A DNA stretch of 64,000 nucleotides from an uncultured Desulfobacteraceae bacterium (GTDB lineage Bacteria > Desulfobacterota > Desulfobacteria > Desulfobacterales > JALSRD01): positions 4,512 through 68,511 of the forward strand of contig CAYUAQ010000004.1 in NCBI GenBank assembly GCA_964442705.1, written 5' to 3'. Made by a program: the position numbers and the translations under genes. The notes under the pieces are model-generated. The model did not search any database, was not told the origin of the DNA, and was given only the letters and a program-made list of their open reading frames with translations. Positions 1 through 8,200 of the stretch are shown one piece after another; positions within the stretch are counted from its first letter, which is position 1; the number at the start of each line of letters is the position of its first letter.

Positions 1-156
1 GAACGCATCAATCTGCACGAACACAGGCGTTTCACCGATGCCGTCAGGGCAGGCAACCGCGAGGCGGCGGTCAGCATTATTCGAAACGAACACTGGTCTT
101 TTGACCACCATCGGGAGTATTTGGTCGAGGTGTACGGCCTGCACGAGGGGAGCTGA
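1..156 (+). CDS. GntR/FCD-family transcriptional regulator, C-terminal fragment (5' end outside window)
   Basis: Frame 1 is open from the window edge and ends at TGA 154-156. The tail ...INLHEHRRFTDAVRAGNREAAVSIIRNEHWSFDHHREYLVEVYG aligns by eye with the C-terminus of the GntR/FCD protein at 16302-17054 (...INCDEHDRLIHFIREGRREEAARLWRESHWSFEAHEQYIREFYA). Confidence 0.5.
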   Translation, partial: ERINLHEHRRFTDAVRAGNREAAVSIIRNEHWSFDHHREYLVEVYGLHEGS

Positions 157-216
157 TCGGATGAGATCGCGTGGGCTCTAAACCCACGTAGCCGGGTGCG
201 ACTCCCGGGCTTCCCA
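147..216 (+). tRNA. pylT: tRNA-Pyl (anticodon CUA)
   Basis: Hand fold: acceptor GGGGAGC/GCTTCCC (7 bp, one G-T), a single nt, D stem GATC/GATC with a small loop, a single nt, 6-bp anticodon stem CGTGGG/CCCACG, loop CTCTAAA (CTA anticodon), 3-nt variable loop TAG, T arm CCGGG-TGCGACT-CCCGG, discriminator A. CCA is not encoded. This is the atypical tRNA-Pyl geometry, and it sits directly upstream of pylS. Confidence 0.85.
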
Positions 217-269
217 CGGTTAAAGGTGTTCAGGTATCAGGTGTCAGCGGTCAGGGGGTGAGGACGGCA

Positions 270-1112
270 ATGGGTCTGGGGTGGAGTGAGATACAGCGGC
301 GGCGGCTGCAGGAACTGGAGGCGGACGCGGAAGCCCTGGATAGCCGTTTCGAAGATGCCGGACGGCGCAACCGGGCCTTTCAGCACCTGGAAAAGCGGCT
401 GGTGCGCCGGCAGCGGGCGGCCCTGCGGGATTTCCTGGTCCGCCGGATGCGGCCGCGGCTGGCGCTCTTGGAAAGCCGCCTGGTAGAGGCCTTAAACAAG
501 CGGGGCTTTTCCCAGATGGTAACGCCGACGCTCATCTCCCGTGATGATCTCGCCCGTATGTCCATCGGCCGCGACCATGCCTTCAACGAGCAGATCTTCT
601 GGGTGGATTCCCGGCGGTGCCTGCGACCCATGCTGGCGCCCAACCTCTACCGTTTGATGCGGCACCTGGCGCGGCTGCAGCCCGGGCCGGTCCGGATCTT
701 CGAGGTGGGCAGCTGTTTCCGCAAAGAGGCCGGTGGCGCCCGGCACACCAGCGAATTCACCATGCTCAACCTGGTCGAAATGCGGGTGCCCGAGGGCCGG
801 CGCCGGGCCAGGCTGGAAGAACTGGCCGCGGTGGTGATGCAGGCTGCCGGCATCACGGGCCATCGACTGGAGACGGAGTCTTCCGAGGTGTACGGCCGCA
901 CAACGGATATCGTCAGCGGCCCCGACAACCTGGAGGTGGCCTCCTGCGCCGTGGGGCCGCACCCCCTGGACGGCGCCTGGGGCATCGTGGACACCTGGGT
1001 GGGCCTGGGGTTCGGTCTGGAGCGGCTGCTCATGGTGCGCGAAGGCGGTTCCGGCATCGGCAGGTGGTGCCGCAGCAATGCTTACCTGGACGGTGTCCGC
1101 CTCACACTGTGA
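270..1112 (+). CDS. pylS: Pyrrolysyl-tRNA synthetase, catalytic (C-terminal) subunit PylSc
   Basis: Class II aaRS core that aligns along its length with remembered PylS sequences: CLRPMLAPNLY, IFEVGSCFRKE, EFTMLNL, VGPHPLD..WGI, GLGFGLERLLMV, YLDGVRL. ATG 270 has GAGGA 6 nt upstream; the ORF track starts at GTG 258. Confidence 0.9.
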   Translation: MGLGWSEIQRRRLQELEADAEALDSRFEDAGRRNRAFQHLEKRLVRRQRAALRDFLVRRMRPRLALLESRLVEALNKRGFSQMVTPTLISRDDLARMSIGRDHAFNEQIFWVDSRRCLRPMLAPNLYRLMRHLARLQPGPVRIFEVGSCFRKEAGGARHTSEFTMLNLVEMRVPEGRRRARLEELAAVVMQAAGITGHRLETESSEVYGRTTDIVSGPDNLEVASCAVGPHPLDGAWGIVDTWVGLGFGLERLLMVREGGSGIGRWCRSNAYLDGVRLTL

Positions 1113-1173
1113 CTTTAAGGTTTACGCTTACCGATTGTCGGTTGAAAAGGTATCGCGGCGTCGGGAAACGGCC

Positions 1174-2295
1174 ATGGCAGATGACATGAAGCTCCCTGAG
1201 ATGATGGCAGGCATCCTTGACGGCCGCAAGCCGGATGCGGTTGAGATCCGCCGACTGCTGTCACTGCGTGCCTCCCCTGCCGTGGATCTGCTGTTCGAGG
1301 CTGCCCGGCAGGTGCGCCGGCGCCACTTCGCAAACCGTGTGTTTCTCTACGGCTTCATCTATTTCAGCACATACTGCCGCAACAACTGCCGTTTCTGCTA
1401 CTACCGCCGGGCTAACCAGAGGCTGGTGCGTTACCGGCGGTCGAACGTACAGATCCTGGAAGCCGCCGGGCACCTGGCCGACGCCGGCGTGCACCTCATC
1501 GATCTCACCATGGGCGAGGATCCCCTGTTTTTCGATGACGGCGGTGCGTCTTTTGAAAAACTGGGCGCGGTGATCGGTGCGGTGCGGGCGCAGACCGGAC
1601 TGCCCGTCATGATTTCGCCGGGCGTCATCGACCGGGACACGGCCGCCCGGCTGGCGGCGGCGGGGGCGGACTGGTACGCCTGTTACCAGGAAACCCACAA
1701 CCGGCGCCTGTACGCCCGGCTGCGGCCCGCCCAGGATTACGATGTCCGCTGGCAGGCCAAGGAAGGCGCCCGGCGGGCGGGCCTGCTGGTCGAAGACGGT
1801 ATCCTGGCGGGTGTGGGCGAAAGCCTGTCCGATCTGGCCGATTCCATCGAAGCCATGGACCGTCTGGAGGCCGACCAGGTGCGGGTGATGTCTTTCGTGC
1901 CCCGCGACGGGATACCGCTGGCGCCTCCTCCCACGCGTGACCCGCTGAGGGAGCCGGTGACCATCGCCGTCCTGCGGCTGGCTTTTCCGGACCGCCTGAT
2001 TCCGGCCTCCTTGGACGTCGACGGCCTGGCCGGCCTGCAGCAGCGGCTGGAGGCCGGGGCCAATGTGGTCACCTCGCTGATTCCGCCGGAGGGGGGCCTG
2101 GCCGGGGTGGCCAACCGCCGCCTCGACATCGCGGAGGCCCTGCGCACGCCCGCCGCCGTGGCACCGGTGCTGGCCCGCTGCGGGCTCAAGATCGCCTCCC
2201 CGGACGCCTACCGCCGGTGGATGGCGCAGCGCCGCCGGGCGGTTTGCGTGTCACACCGGGTAGCGGCGGCCCAAACGGCTGTCGGAGAGGGGTAA
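1174..2295 (+). CDS. pylB: Radical-SAM methylornithine synthase PylB
   Basis: CRNNCRFCYY radical-SAM cysteine triad and a BioB-like TIM barrel. Its position is right after pylS. ATG 1174 was chosen because the longer ORF (1078) overlaps the pylS end. Confidence 0.9.
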   Translation: MADDMKLPEMMAGILDGRKPDAVEIRRLLSLRASPAVDLLFEAARQVRRRHFANRVFLYGFIYFSTYCRNNCRFCYYRRANQRLVRYRRSNVQILEAAGHLADAGVHLIDLTMGEDPLFFDDGGASFEKLGAVIGAVRAQTGLPVMISPGVIDRDTAARLAAAGADWYACYQETHNRRLYARLRPAQDYDVRWQAKEGARRAGLLVEDGILAGVGESLSDLADSIEAMDRLEADQVRVMSFVPRDGIPLAPPPTRDPLREPVTIAVLRLAFPDRLIPASLDVDGLAGLQQRLEAGANVVTSLIPPEGGLAGVANRRLDIAEALRTPAAVAPVLARCGLKIASPDAYRRWMAQRRRAVCVSHRVAAAQTAVGEG

Positions 2296-3474
2296 ATGCC
2301 CATGCGGGTTGCCATCGTGGGCGGCAAGCTGCAGGGGGTCGAGGCCGCCTATCTGGCGGCCAAGGCCGGCTGGGAGGTCCTGCTGCTGGACCGCCGGGAG
2401 GCGGTGCCGGCGGCCGGCCTCTGCGACCGCTTTCTGCCTTTCGACGTCACCTCGGAGAGCGAGACGGCCGGCGCGCTGGCGGCCGTGGACCTGGTGATCC
2501 CGGCGCTGGAAGACCTCGACGCCCTGAAGGTGCTGAACGCCTGCGCCCATGCCGGCGACATCCGCCTGGCCTTCGACCTGGATGCCTTTTTGCTGACGAC
2601 TTCCAAGGTCCGCTGCAACACCCTGTTTGAACGGATGCACGTTGCCGTCCCGGGCAAGTGGCCCCACTGCCGCCTGCCGGTGATCGTCAAGCCTGACAGC
2701 GCCAGCGGCAGCCGGGGAGTGCGCCTGGTCGCCGATGCCGAAAAGCTGCCGCCTTACGCAAGCCGGCCGGCCGAATACGTGATCGAAGAATTTACGCCCG
2801 GGCCATCCTATTCCGTCGAGGTCCTGGGCGCACCCGGGCGCTATCACGCACTGCAGGTCACGGCGCTCGAGATGGACGCCGGCTTCGACTGCAAACGCGT
2901 CACGGCGCCTGCCGAACTGGAAGACGACCTGGTGCGGCGATTTCAAAGCCTGGCCGTGCGCCTGGCCGCCGCCGTATCCCTGACAGGCGTGATGGACGTC
3001 GAAGCCGTGCTCAACGGGGGGGAACTGAAGGTCCTGGAGATCGACGCCCGCCTGCCCAGCCAGACCCCTACGACGGTCTACTGGTCCACGGGCGTCAACA
3101 TGGTGGCGCTGCTGGGCCGGCTGTTCGGGGGGAGGGAGATCCCCCCGTCTTGCGGTGCGGTCGGCCGGGAACGGGCGGTCATCTACGAACACATCCGCGT
3201 CAACGGCACGCAATTGGAAACGGTCGGCGAGCACATCATGGCCGGCCGCGGACCGCTGCAGGTCGTAGAGGACTTCTTCGGCGCCGACGAGGCCCTCACC
3301 AGTTACCGTCCGGGCCGGAACAAGTGGGTGGCCACCCTGGTTTTTGCGGACAGCGGCCGGCAGACCGCGAGGTGCCGACGGGATGCGGCCCTGGCCGCCA
3401 TCAGCCGGCATTTCGGCCTGCACACGCGCATCGATGAGGAGCCGACATTTTTCACCAGCCCGCAAAAAGTCTGA
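2296..3474 (+). CDS. pylC: ATP-grasp ligase PylC (3-methylornithine--lysine ligase)
   Basis: N-terminal MRVAIVGGKLQGVEAAYLAKKAGWEV-type Rossmann region followed by an ATP-grasp body. It starts immediately after the pylB TAA (TAAATG). Confidence 0.9.
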   Translation: MPMRVAIVGGKLQGVEAAYLAAKAGWEVLLLDRREAVPAAGLCDRFLPFDVTSESETAGALAAVDLVIPALEDLDALKVLNACAHAGDIRLAFDLDAFLLTTSKVRCNTLFERMHVAVPGKWPHCRLPVIVKPDSASGSRGVRLVADAEKLPPYASRPAEYVIEEFTPGPSYSVEVLGAPGRYHALQVTALEMDAGFDCKRVTAPAELEDDLVRRFQSLAVRLAAAVSLTGVMDVEAVLNGGELKVLEIDARLPSQTPTTVYWSTGVNMVALLGRLFGGREIPPSCGAVGRERAVIYEHIRVNGTQLETVGEHIMAGRGPLQVVEDFFGADEALTSYRPGRNKWVATLVFADSGRQTARCRRDAALAAISRHFGLHTRIDEEPTFFTSPQKV

Positions 3475-3490
3475 GTTTATAGCGACGATC

Positions 3491-4312
3491 GTGACACGCC
3501 TGACCACCGATGACATCGCCGGGATTGGCCCTGGTCTTGCCCGATACGACCGCCGCCTCCAAGCCCAGACCGGCCGAACCCTGGCCGGCATCGCCTGCCA
3601 CGCCGCCGGCCTGGGGGAAGATGTTTTCGAGTCGCTGCGGGGGGGCATACGCGTGGCCGTGGTGCCGCTGACCTGCGGAAGAGGGGCCATCGGGGGGTTT
3701 GGCGAGGCCGTGGCGGCGATCGCCGCTCATCTGGGCTTCGCGTCCTTTGTCACATGTGCCACCGACGCCGCCGGCCTGGCCGAGGCCTGTGAGCGCAAGG
3801 CGGACATCCTGCTGTCGGCGGACGACGATCGTTTTGCGGCCATGGACTTTTTCACCGGGAGGGTGTCGGACAACAGCGTGATGACGGCCCGGGGGTTTGT
3901 GGCCGGCCTGGATCTCATGGCCGGCAGGCTGCAGGGGCGGCGGGTGCTGGTCATCGGTTGCGGGCCGGTGGGCGCCGCGGCTGTCGACGCGCTGCTGCAG
4001 GGCGGCGCCCGGGTAAGTGTTCATGATGTGAACGCTTGTCGCATGGAAGCACTGGCGCGCCGGGCACGGGCGCAGATCACCGTTGAAACGGCACCGGCCA
4101 TGGGGGACTGGCAGTTGTTTTTCGACGCTTCCAATGGTACGGACATCATCAGGGGCGAACATGTCCGGGAAGAGACCCTGGTGGCGGCACCGGGTCTGCC
4201 CTGCGGGGTGACGGCCGCCGCGGCCAGGAAACTGGGCCTGCGGCTGCTGCACGACCCCTTGCAGATCGGCGTGGCCGCCATGCTGGCCGACACCTTGGCG
4301 GCGCGTCTGTGA
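3491..4312 (+). CDS. pylD: Pyrrolysine synthase (dehydrogenase) PylD
   Basis: Alignable with remembered PylD: LTTDDIAGI.., VVPLTCGRGAIGGF, ADILLSADDDRF, VLVIGCGPVG, PGLPCGV, DPLQIGVAAML. GTG 3491 is the first start after the pylC stop; the exact start is uncertain. Confidence 0.85.
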   Translation: MTRLTTDDIAGIGPGLARYDRRLQAQTGRTLAGIACHAAGLGEDVFESLRGGIRVAVVPLTCGRGAIGGFGEAVAAIAAHLGFASFVTCATDAAGLAEACERKADILLSADDDRFAAMDFFTGRVSDNSVMTARGFVAGLDLMAGRLQGRRVLVIGCGPVGAAAVDALLQGGARVSVHDVNACRMEALARRARAQITVETAPAMGDWQLFFDASNGTDIIRGEHVREETLVAAPGLPCGVTAAAARKLGLRLLHDPLQIGVAAMLADTLAARL

Positions 4313-4369
4313 AATGGCAACGAAATGACGAGGTTTGCGCTTGTCACAGGAGATTGTTTAGGAGATACC

Positions 4370-4696
4370 GTGAGCCAGAAACCGCCGGCCAAACGCTTCT
4401 ACCGCAAACGCATCGAACTCTTGCGCCTGATCGACAAGATCAAGCTCTGGCCCTCGCGCACCGGCGTGCTGCACGGCATCCGCACCGTCGACGAGCGCGG
4501 TGAAATCGCCGTCATCACCACCCACTGCGGCAAAACCTTCGTGGTGCGCAATTCGCGCAACAGTCGGGCGGCCCGCTGGCTGCGCAACAAGTGGTTCCAG
4601 TCGGTGTGCCCGGTGTGCCGGGTGCCGGACTGGAAACTGGAGAAATACGACAGCACCCGTTTCCGGCGCCACCACGGTTCGTTTCTGAAAAAATAA
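4370..4696 (+). CDS. pylSn: PylS N-terminal tRNA-binding domain protein PylSn
   Basis: LWPSRTGVLHGIR...THCG...VVRNSRNSRAARWLRNKW...CPVCRV matches the N-terminal Zn-binding domain of archaeal PylS (LWMSRTGTLHKIK...NNSRSCRTARAF...CKRCRV). GTG 4370 has AGGAGA 5 nt upstream; ATG 4325 is the alternative start. Confidence 0.8.
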   Translation: MSQKPPAKRFYRKRIELLRLIDKIKLWPSRTGVLHGIRTVDERGEIAVITTHCGKTFVVRNSRNSRAARWLRNKWFQSVCPVCRVPDWKLEKYDSTRFRRHHGSFLKK

Positions 4697-4866
4697 AGCA
4701 CCGCCCCTTCGGTCAAATCCAGCGGACGGCGCATTCCCCCCAGGATAGTCGTTTCCGATCCCCTTCCCAAGCCTGTGCGAGCGCATGCAGTAAGGGCTCG
4801 CTCAAAAATAACTTCCCATTTCTGATGTCGATCCATCCCGCCTGGCTACGTTCCATGGCGCCGGGA

Positions 4867-5097
4867 TTATCCGGGTGATGACTTCTGCAGCCGCTCTGCG
4901 AGCCAGATCTTGATGATGGATTGCCGGGGAACGCCCAGCCGTTTGGCCTCCTTGTCCAGAGATCGGATCATCCAGAGCGGGAAATCAACATTGACTCTTT
5001 TCTGCTCCTGATTGGGCCTTCTGGCCTTTGAAAGATCCAGGTGCTTCACAAGACGCTCGCCCGCATCGAATTTCTTGTCAAAAACTTTAGCTTTCAT
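4867..5097 (-). CDS. brnA: BrnA-type antitoxin (ribbon-helix-helix)
   Basis: MKAKVFDKKFDAGE...VNVDFPLWMIRSLDKEAKRLGVPRQSIIKIWLAERL is the BrnA pattern. The start overlaps the brnT stop (ATGAAAGCTAA). Confidence 0.7.
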   Translation of the reverse strand: MKAKVFDKKFDAGERLVKHLDLSKARRPNQEQKRVNVDFPLWMIRSLDKEAKRLGVPRQSIIKIWLAERLQKSSPG

Positions 5098-5347
5098 AAA
5101 GCTCAATTTCCTCATTTCTTGCGCGACGCACGGATATGATCCGGATGTTTCCGTCACGGTACGTGATGACCGCGGACCAGTGTTTTTGCGCTATCTTGCC
5201 AATAACCATGAATCTCGGTTCGTCTATTGTTCTTGCCGGAATCTCCAGTAAATCGGGATCATCCCAAAGCAGCTGGGCTTCAATGAAATCGATACCATGT
5301 TTTTCTCCGTTGGTTTCCGATTTTCCCGAATCGAATTCAAAACTCAT
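5087..5347 (-). CDS. brnT: BrnT-type toxin (DUF497)
   Basis: FEFDSGKSETNGEKHGIDFIEAQLLWDDP...RFMVIGKI....AVITYRDGNIRIISVRRA matches the DUF497/BrnT pattern. It sits upstream of and overlaps its antitoxin gene. Confidence 0.75.
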   Translation of the reverse strand: MSFEFDSGKSETNGEKHGIDFIEAQLLWDDPDLLEIPARTIDEPRFMVIGKIAQKHWSAVITYRDGNIRIISVRRARNEEIELYES

Positions 5348-5386
5348 GGTATATAGAATATATTTATTTGGTATATTTTGTCAACC

Positions 5387-8197
5387 TCAAGTATACTTTT
5401 TCCAGGCTTTTTCCGCTCTTGTGGGCGGTCCCGTCAGCCGTCCCGTGACGGTGCGGCCCAGGAAAACCGTTTCTCCCCCCGCCGTGGCGGCGGTGCGATC
5501 CTCGGTGTCGAGGGTGACGGTCTGCCGGTGTGTGCCGGCCCGGCGGGCGGCGGCGCGAATGCGGTCGACCAGCCGTTGCCGGGCGTGGGAATCGGCTTGT
5601 TCGAGTTCCTGAAATACGGGACTGCCGGGGAGCCCCTCTATGCGGTAGCCGTCGTCATCGGGGACGATGCGCAGGTGCGTTTCCACGGCCACTTGGCTGG
5701 TGACGGCGCCGATGGCATTGGCCACATCGGCGTGTTCCGGGAGGATGGCCCGCGTGTGGAGCCGCCGGACGGCCGGCGGCAGGAAGTGCCCGATGGGAGC
5801 GCCGATGCCGATGACGGGCCGCTGCAGCTGGAAATCGATGCCGTAGCCCTCTCCGCCCTCACCGGTCATGCGGTCCATCAAAAAGGCGCTGAGGCCGTGG
5901 TGATCCAGACCATCGGCCTCGATTTCGCCGTCCAGCTGGTGTTTGACGAGTTCGGCGGTCAGCAGCTGCACTACCTTTGTCAACAGTATTTTTACGAGGG
6001 CCTCGTTCGTCATACCGGCCATTGCCGCCAGCAGGTTGGTCATGGCCACCGGCGCTTCGGAATCCCAGCAGGCCAGTTCGCCCTTGACGTGCAGCAGATC
6101 CGTGGGGGTCAGTCCGCAGCACTGCACGACGGCGTGCCGTTCCAGGCGCGCCATGGGCAGCAGGCCGCCGTGCAGGGCGCCCGTGCGGTCCACCAGCTCT
6201 TTGCGGCTGCGCGGCCGTTCCCCTAGCAATTGCGCGATACGGCTTTCCGCCGGGGACAATTCCAGGGGGTTGTCGTGGGTCGTCAGGGTGTAAATGCAGG
6301 CGTCTTCGGAAGAAGCCATGGCCGCTGCCTGGTGGGCAAGATAGTCGATGGCGGCTTTTGTCCCGGCATGTCGGCTCGCCAGCCAAGCCAGGGGCGCCAC
6401 CCGGCGGGGGCCGATGGCAAATTCGCCCCGGCTGAACACGATCTCACTGTCGCCGCCCAGGCCGCGGGTGCGGACCTTAAGGGCCCGGACGTGGGTACGG
6501 TGTCCCCCCAGGTTGGCGCCTTCGCGGCAGAGCTGAACACGGCCGTCTACCAGGGCGGCCGTATCGGTGGTGGTGCCGCCCATGTCCACCACCAGGGCAT
6601 TCCGGCGGCCGGTCAGGAGGCGGGCGCCGGCGATGCTGGCGGCCGGCCCGGATAAAACGGTTTCCACCGGCCGCTGTAGTGCCAGATCGCGTTTCATCAG
6701 AGAGCCGTCGCCCTTTACGACCATCACGGGCGCTTTGATGTCGAAATCCGCGAGCACTTGCCGCAGATCCCCCAGCAGGCGGATCAGCAGGGGCACGATG
6801 CGGGCGTTGAGAACGGCGGTGCGGGCGCGCACGTTGAAATCCAGCAGGCTGGAGAGCTCGTGTCCGCAGGTGACCCCGCAGCCGGTTTCGTCGGCGATGA
6901 TGTCTTTGACCCGCAGTTCGTGTTCCGGATTGATAGAACCGGCGAAACCGGACACCGCAAAGGCGCTGACCTTCTGTTGTGCGATCATCCGGCGGGCGAT
7001 GCCGCGGACCTGATGTTCGTCGACAGGCTCGATGACGCGGCCGGATATTTCCAGCCGCCCGCGGATGACTTCCCGCGGCGTGTGCGTGATGTCGAACATG
7101 TCCGTCCGCCCGCCGGGCGGCATGAGCAGCAGTCCCACCGGCTGCCCGCGGTTCTCCACCACGGCGTTGGTGGCCAGGGTGGTGGAAACGGCGGTCAGTT
7201 CCACGCCGGCGAGCCGCTTCCGGTCGAGCCCGGCCAGGGCCCCCCGGATGCCCACGGTATAGTCCCAGGGGGTCGTCAGGGCCTTGCTTTTGCCGATCAG
7301 GCGCCGGTGTCGCAGGTCGAATATGACGGCGTCGGTGTAAGTGCCGCCGGCGTCGATGCCCAGCCCGAACCGGATGGGCGGTTCGCCTGCCGGCCGTTTT
7401 GCCCCCACGACTTCGGTGGCCAGGCCACTGCCGGCCCCGGGGGCCAGCACTTTGCCGGCGGACAGCCTGCCGCGAGCGGCATCGAAGGTGATGACCTCAC
7501 CGGGCGGTACCACCAGGATGTCCGCGGTGCTTTGCGAAGCCGTGAGTAGGTCCCTGAGCAGAGACAGATCGCCCGGCAGCCGCTCGTATTTCCAGCCATG
7601 CTTGTCGGCCATGTCGCGGGCGTAGCGGGCGTAACGCTGCGTCGCCCCCCGGCCGGTGTCGATGAAGGCAGCCCGCTGGTAGTTTTTTTGCCACTGGTTC
7701 AGGAATGCGACGGTGCTGCGGGCATGCTCCCGGCCGTATTTTGCCACCAGTTCATCGACGTGCACGCGGGTGGAGCCCATGTAGACATAGGGCCGTTCCG
7801 GGGACAGGGGTTCGGCTTTTTCGTCGTGCCAGCCGGCCGAAATGTAATAGGTTCCCGGGTAGTGCCTGCACTGGCGGCGGTAGGCCCCGTCGCCACCCAG
7901 CAGCAGGGCGATGCAGTCGTGCACCCGGGCGATCACCAGTGGAACGGAGCGGGCCCTGATGTCCACCGTTCCCCGGCCGCAGACACCGTAGCCGATGACG
8001 ATGCGCCGGTATCTCCCGCTGGCCGAGGCTTCATCGATGGCGACCTGCAGGCGGCGGTTCAGCTCGGCCGGGTTTTCATGCAGGCCGCCCGGGAGGCTGC
8101 GCAGCTGGACGGGCAGGCTGTTTTCCCGGGCGACCTGACGGATGTCGCCGGCCAGCACGGCGCAGGCGATGACCAGGATGGCGGGCCGCTTTGCCAT
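5387..8197 (-). CDS. Fusion protein: N-terminal DUF1638 domain + hydantoinase/oxoprolinase-type (ASKHA) ATPase
   Basis: Residues ~1-215: ILVIACAVL..GGLHENPAELNRRLQVAID..IVIGYGVCG..LVIARVHDCIALLLG (DUF1638-like). Residues ~275-936: GIDAGGTYTDAVIFD and VVDMGGTTTDTA phosphate-binding loops typical of hydantoinase A family proteins. The ATG lies 3 nt after the upstream mttB-like stop. Confidence 0.7.
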   Translation of the reverse strand: MAKRPAILVIACAVLAGDIRQVARENSLPVQLRSLPGGLHENPAELNRRLQVAIDEASASGRYRRIVIGYGVCGRGTVDIRARSVPLVIARVHDCIALLLGGDGAYRRQCRHYPGTYYISAGWHDEKAEPLSPERPYVYMGSTRVHVDELVAKYGREHARSTVAFLNQWQKNYQRAAFIDTGRGATQRYARYARDMADKHGWKYERLPGDLSLLRDLLTASQSTADILVVPPGEVITFDAARGRLSAGKVLAPGAGSGLATEVVGAKRPAGEPPIRFGLGIDAGGTYTDAVIFDLRHRRLIGKSKALTTPWDYTVGIRGALAGLDRKRLAGVELTAVSTTLATNAVVENRGQPVGLLLMPPGGRTDMFDITHTPREVIRGRLEISGRVIEPVDEHQVRGIARRMIAQQKVSAFAVSGFAGSINPEHELRVKDIIADETGCGVTCGHELSSLLDFNVRARTAVLNARIVPLLIRLLGDLRQVLADFDIKAPVMVVKGDGSLMKRDLALQRPVETVLSGPAASIAGARLLTGRRNALVVDMGGTTTDTAALVDGRVQLCREGANLGGHRTHVRALKVRTRGLGGDSEIVFSRGEFAIGPRRVAPLAWLASRHAGTKAAIDYLAHQAAAMASSEDACIYTLTTHDNPLELSPAESRIAQLLGERPRSRKELVDRTGALHGGLLPMARLERHAVVQCCGLTPTDLLHVKGELACWDSEAPVAMTNLLAAMAGMTNEALVKILLTKVVQLLTAELVKHQLDGEIEADGLDHHGLSAFLMDRMTGEGGEGYGIDFQLQRPVIGIGAPIGHFLPPAVRRLHTRAILPEHADVANAIGAVTSQVAVETHLRIVPDDDGYRIEGLPGSPVFQELEQADSHARQRLVDRIRAAARRAGTHRQTVTLDTEDRTAATAGGETVFLGRTVTGRLTGPPTRAEKAWKKYT

Positions 8198-8200
8198 GGG

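Noticed and set aside
2251-3690. 479-aa minus-strand ORF covering pylC. Similar very long antisense ORFs occur at 7598-9619 (+, 673 aa, opposite the mttB-like gene), 33514-35910 (-, 798 aa, opposite VIT-vWA), 46176-47540 and 47669-48913 (-, opposite the WecA-like gene and tsaD), 58228-59283 (-) and 60446-62077 (+, 543 aa, opposite the FG-GAP gene).
   Set aside because: These are typical high-GC shadow ORFs. Their translations are Arg/Gly/Pro/Ala-rich and low in complexity, with no recognisable motifs. The opposite strand in each case encodes a protein with clear family signatures.
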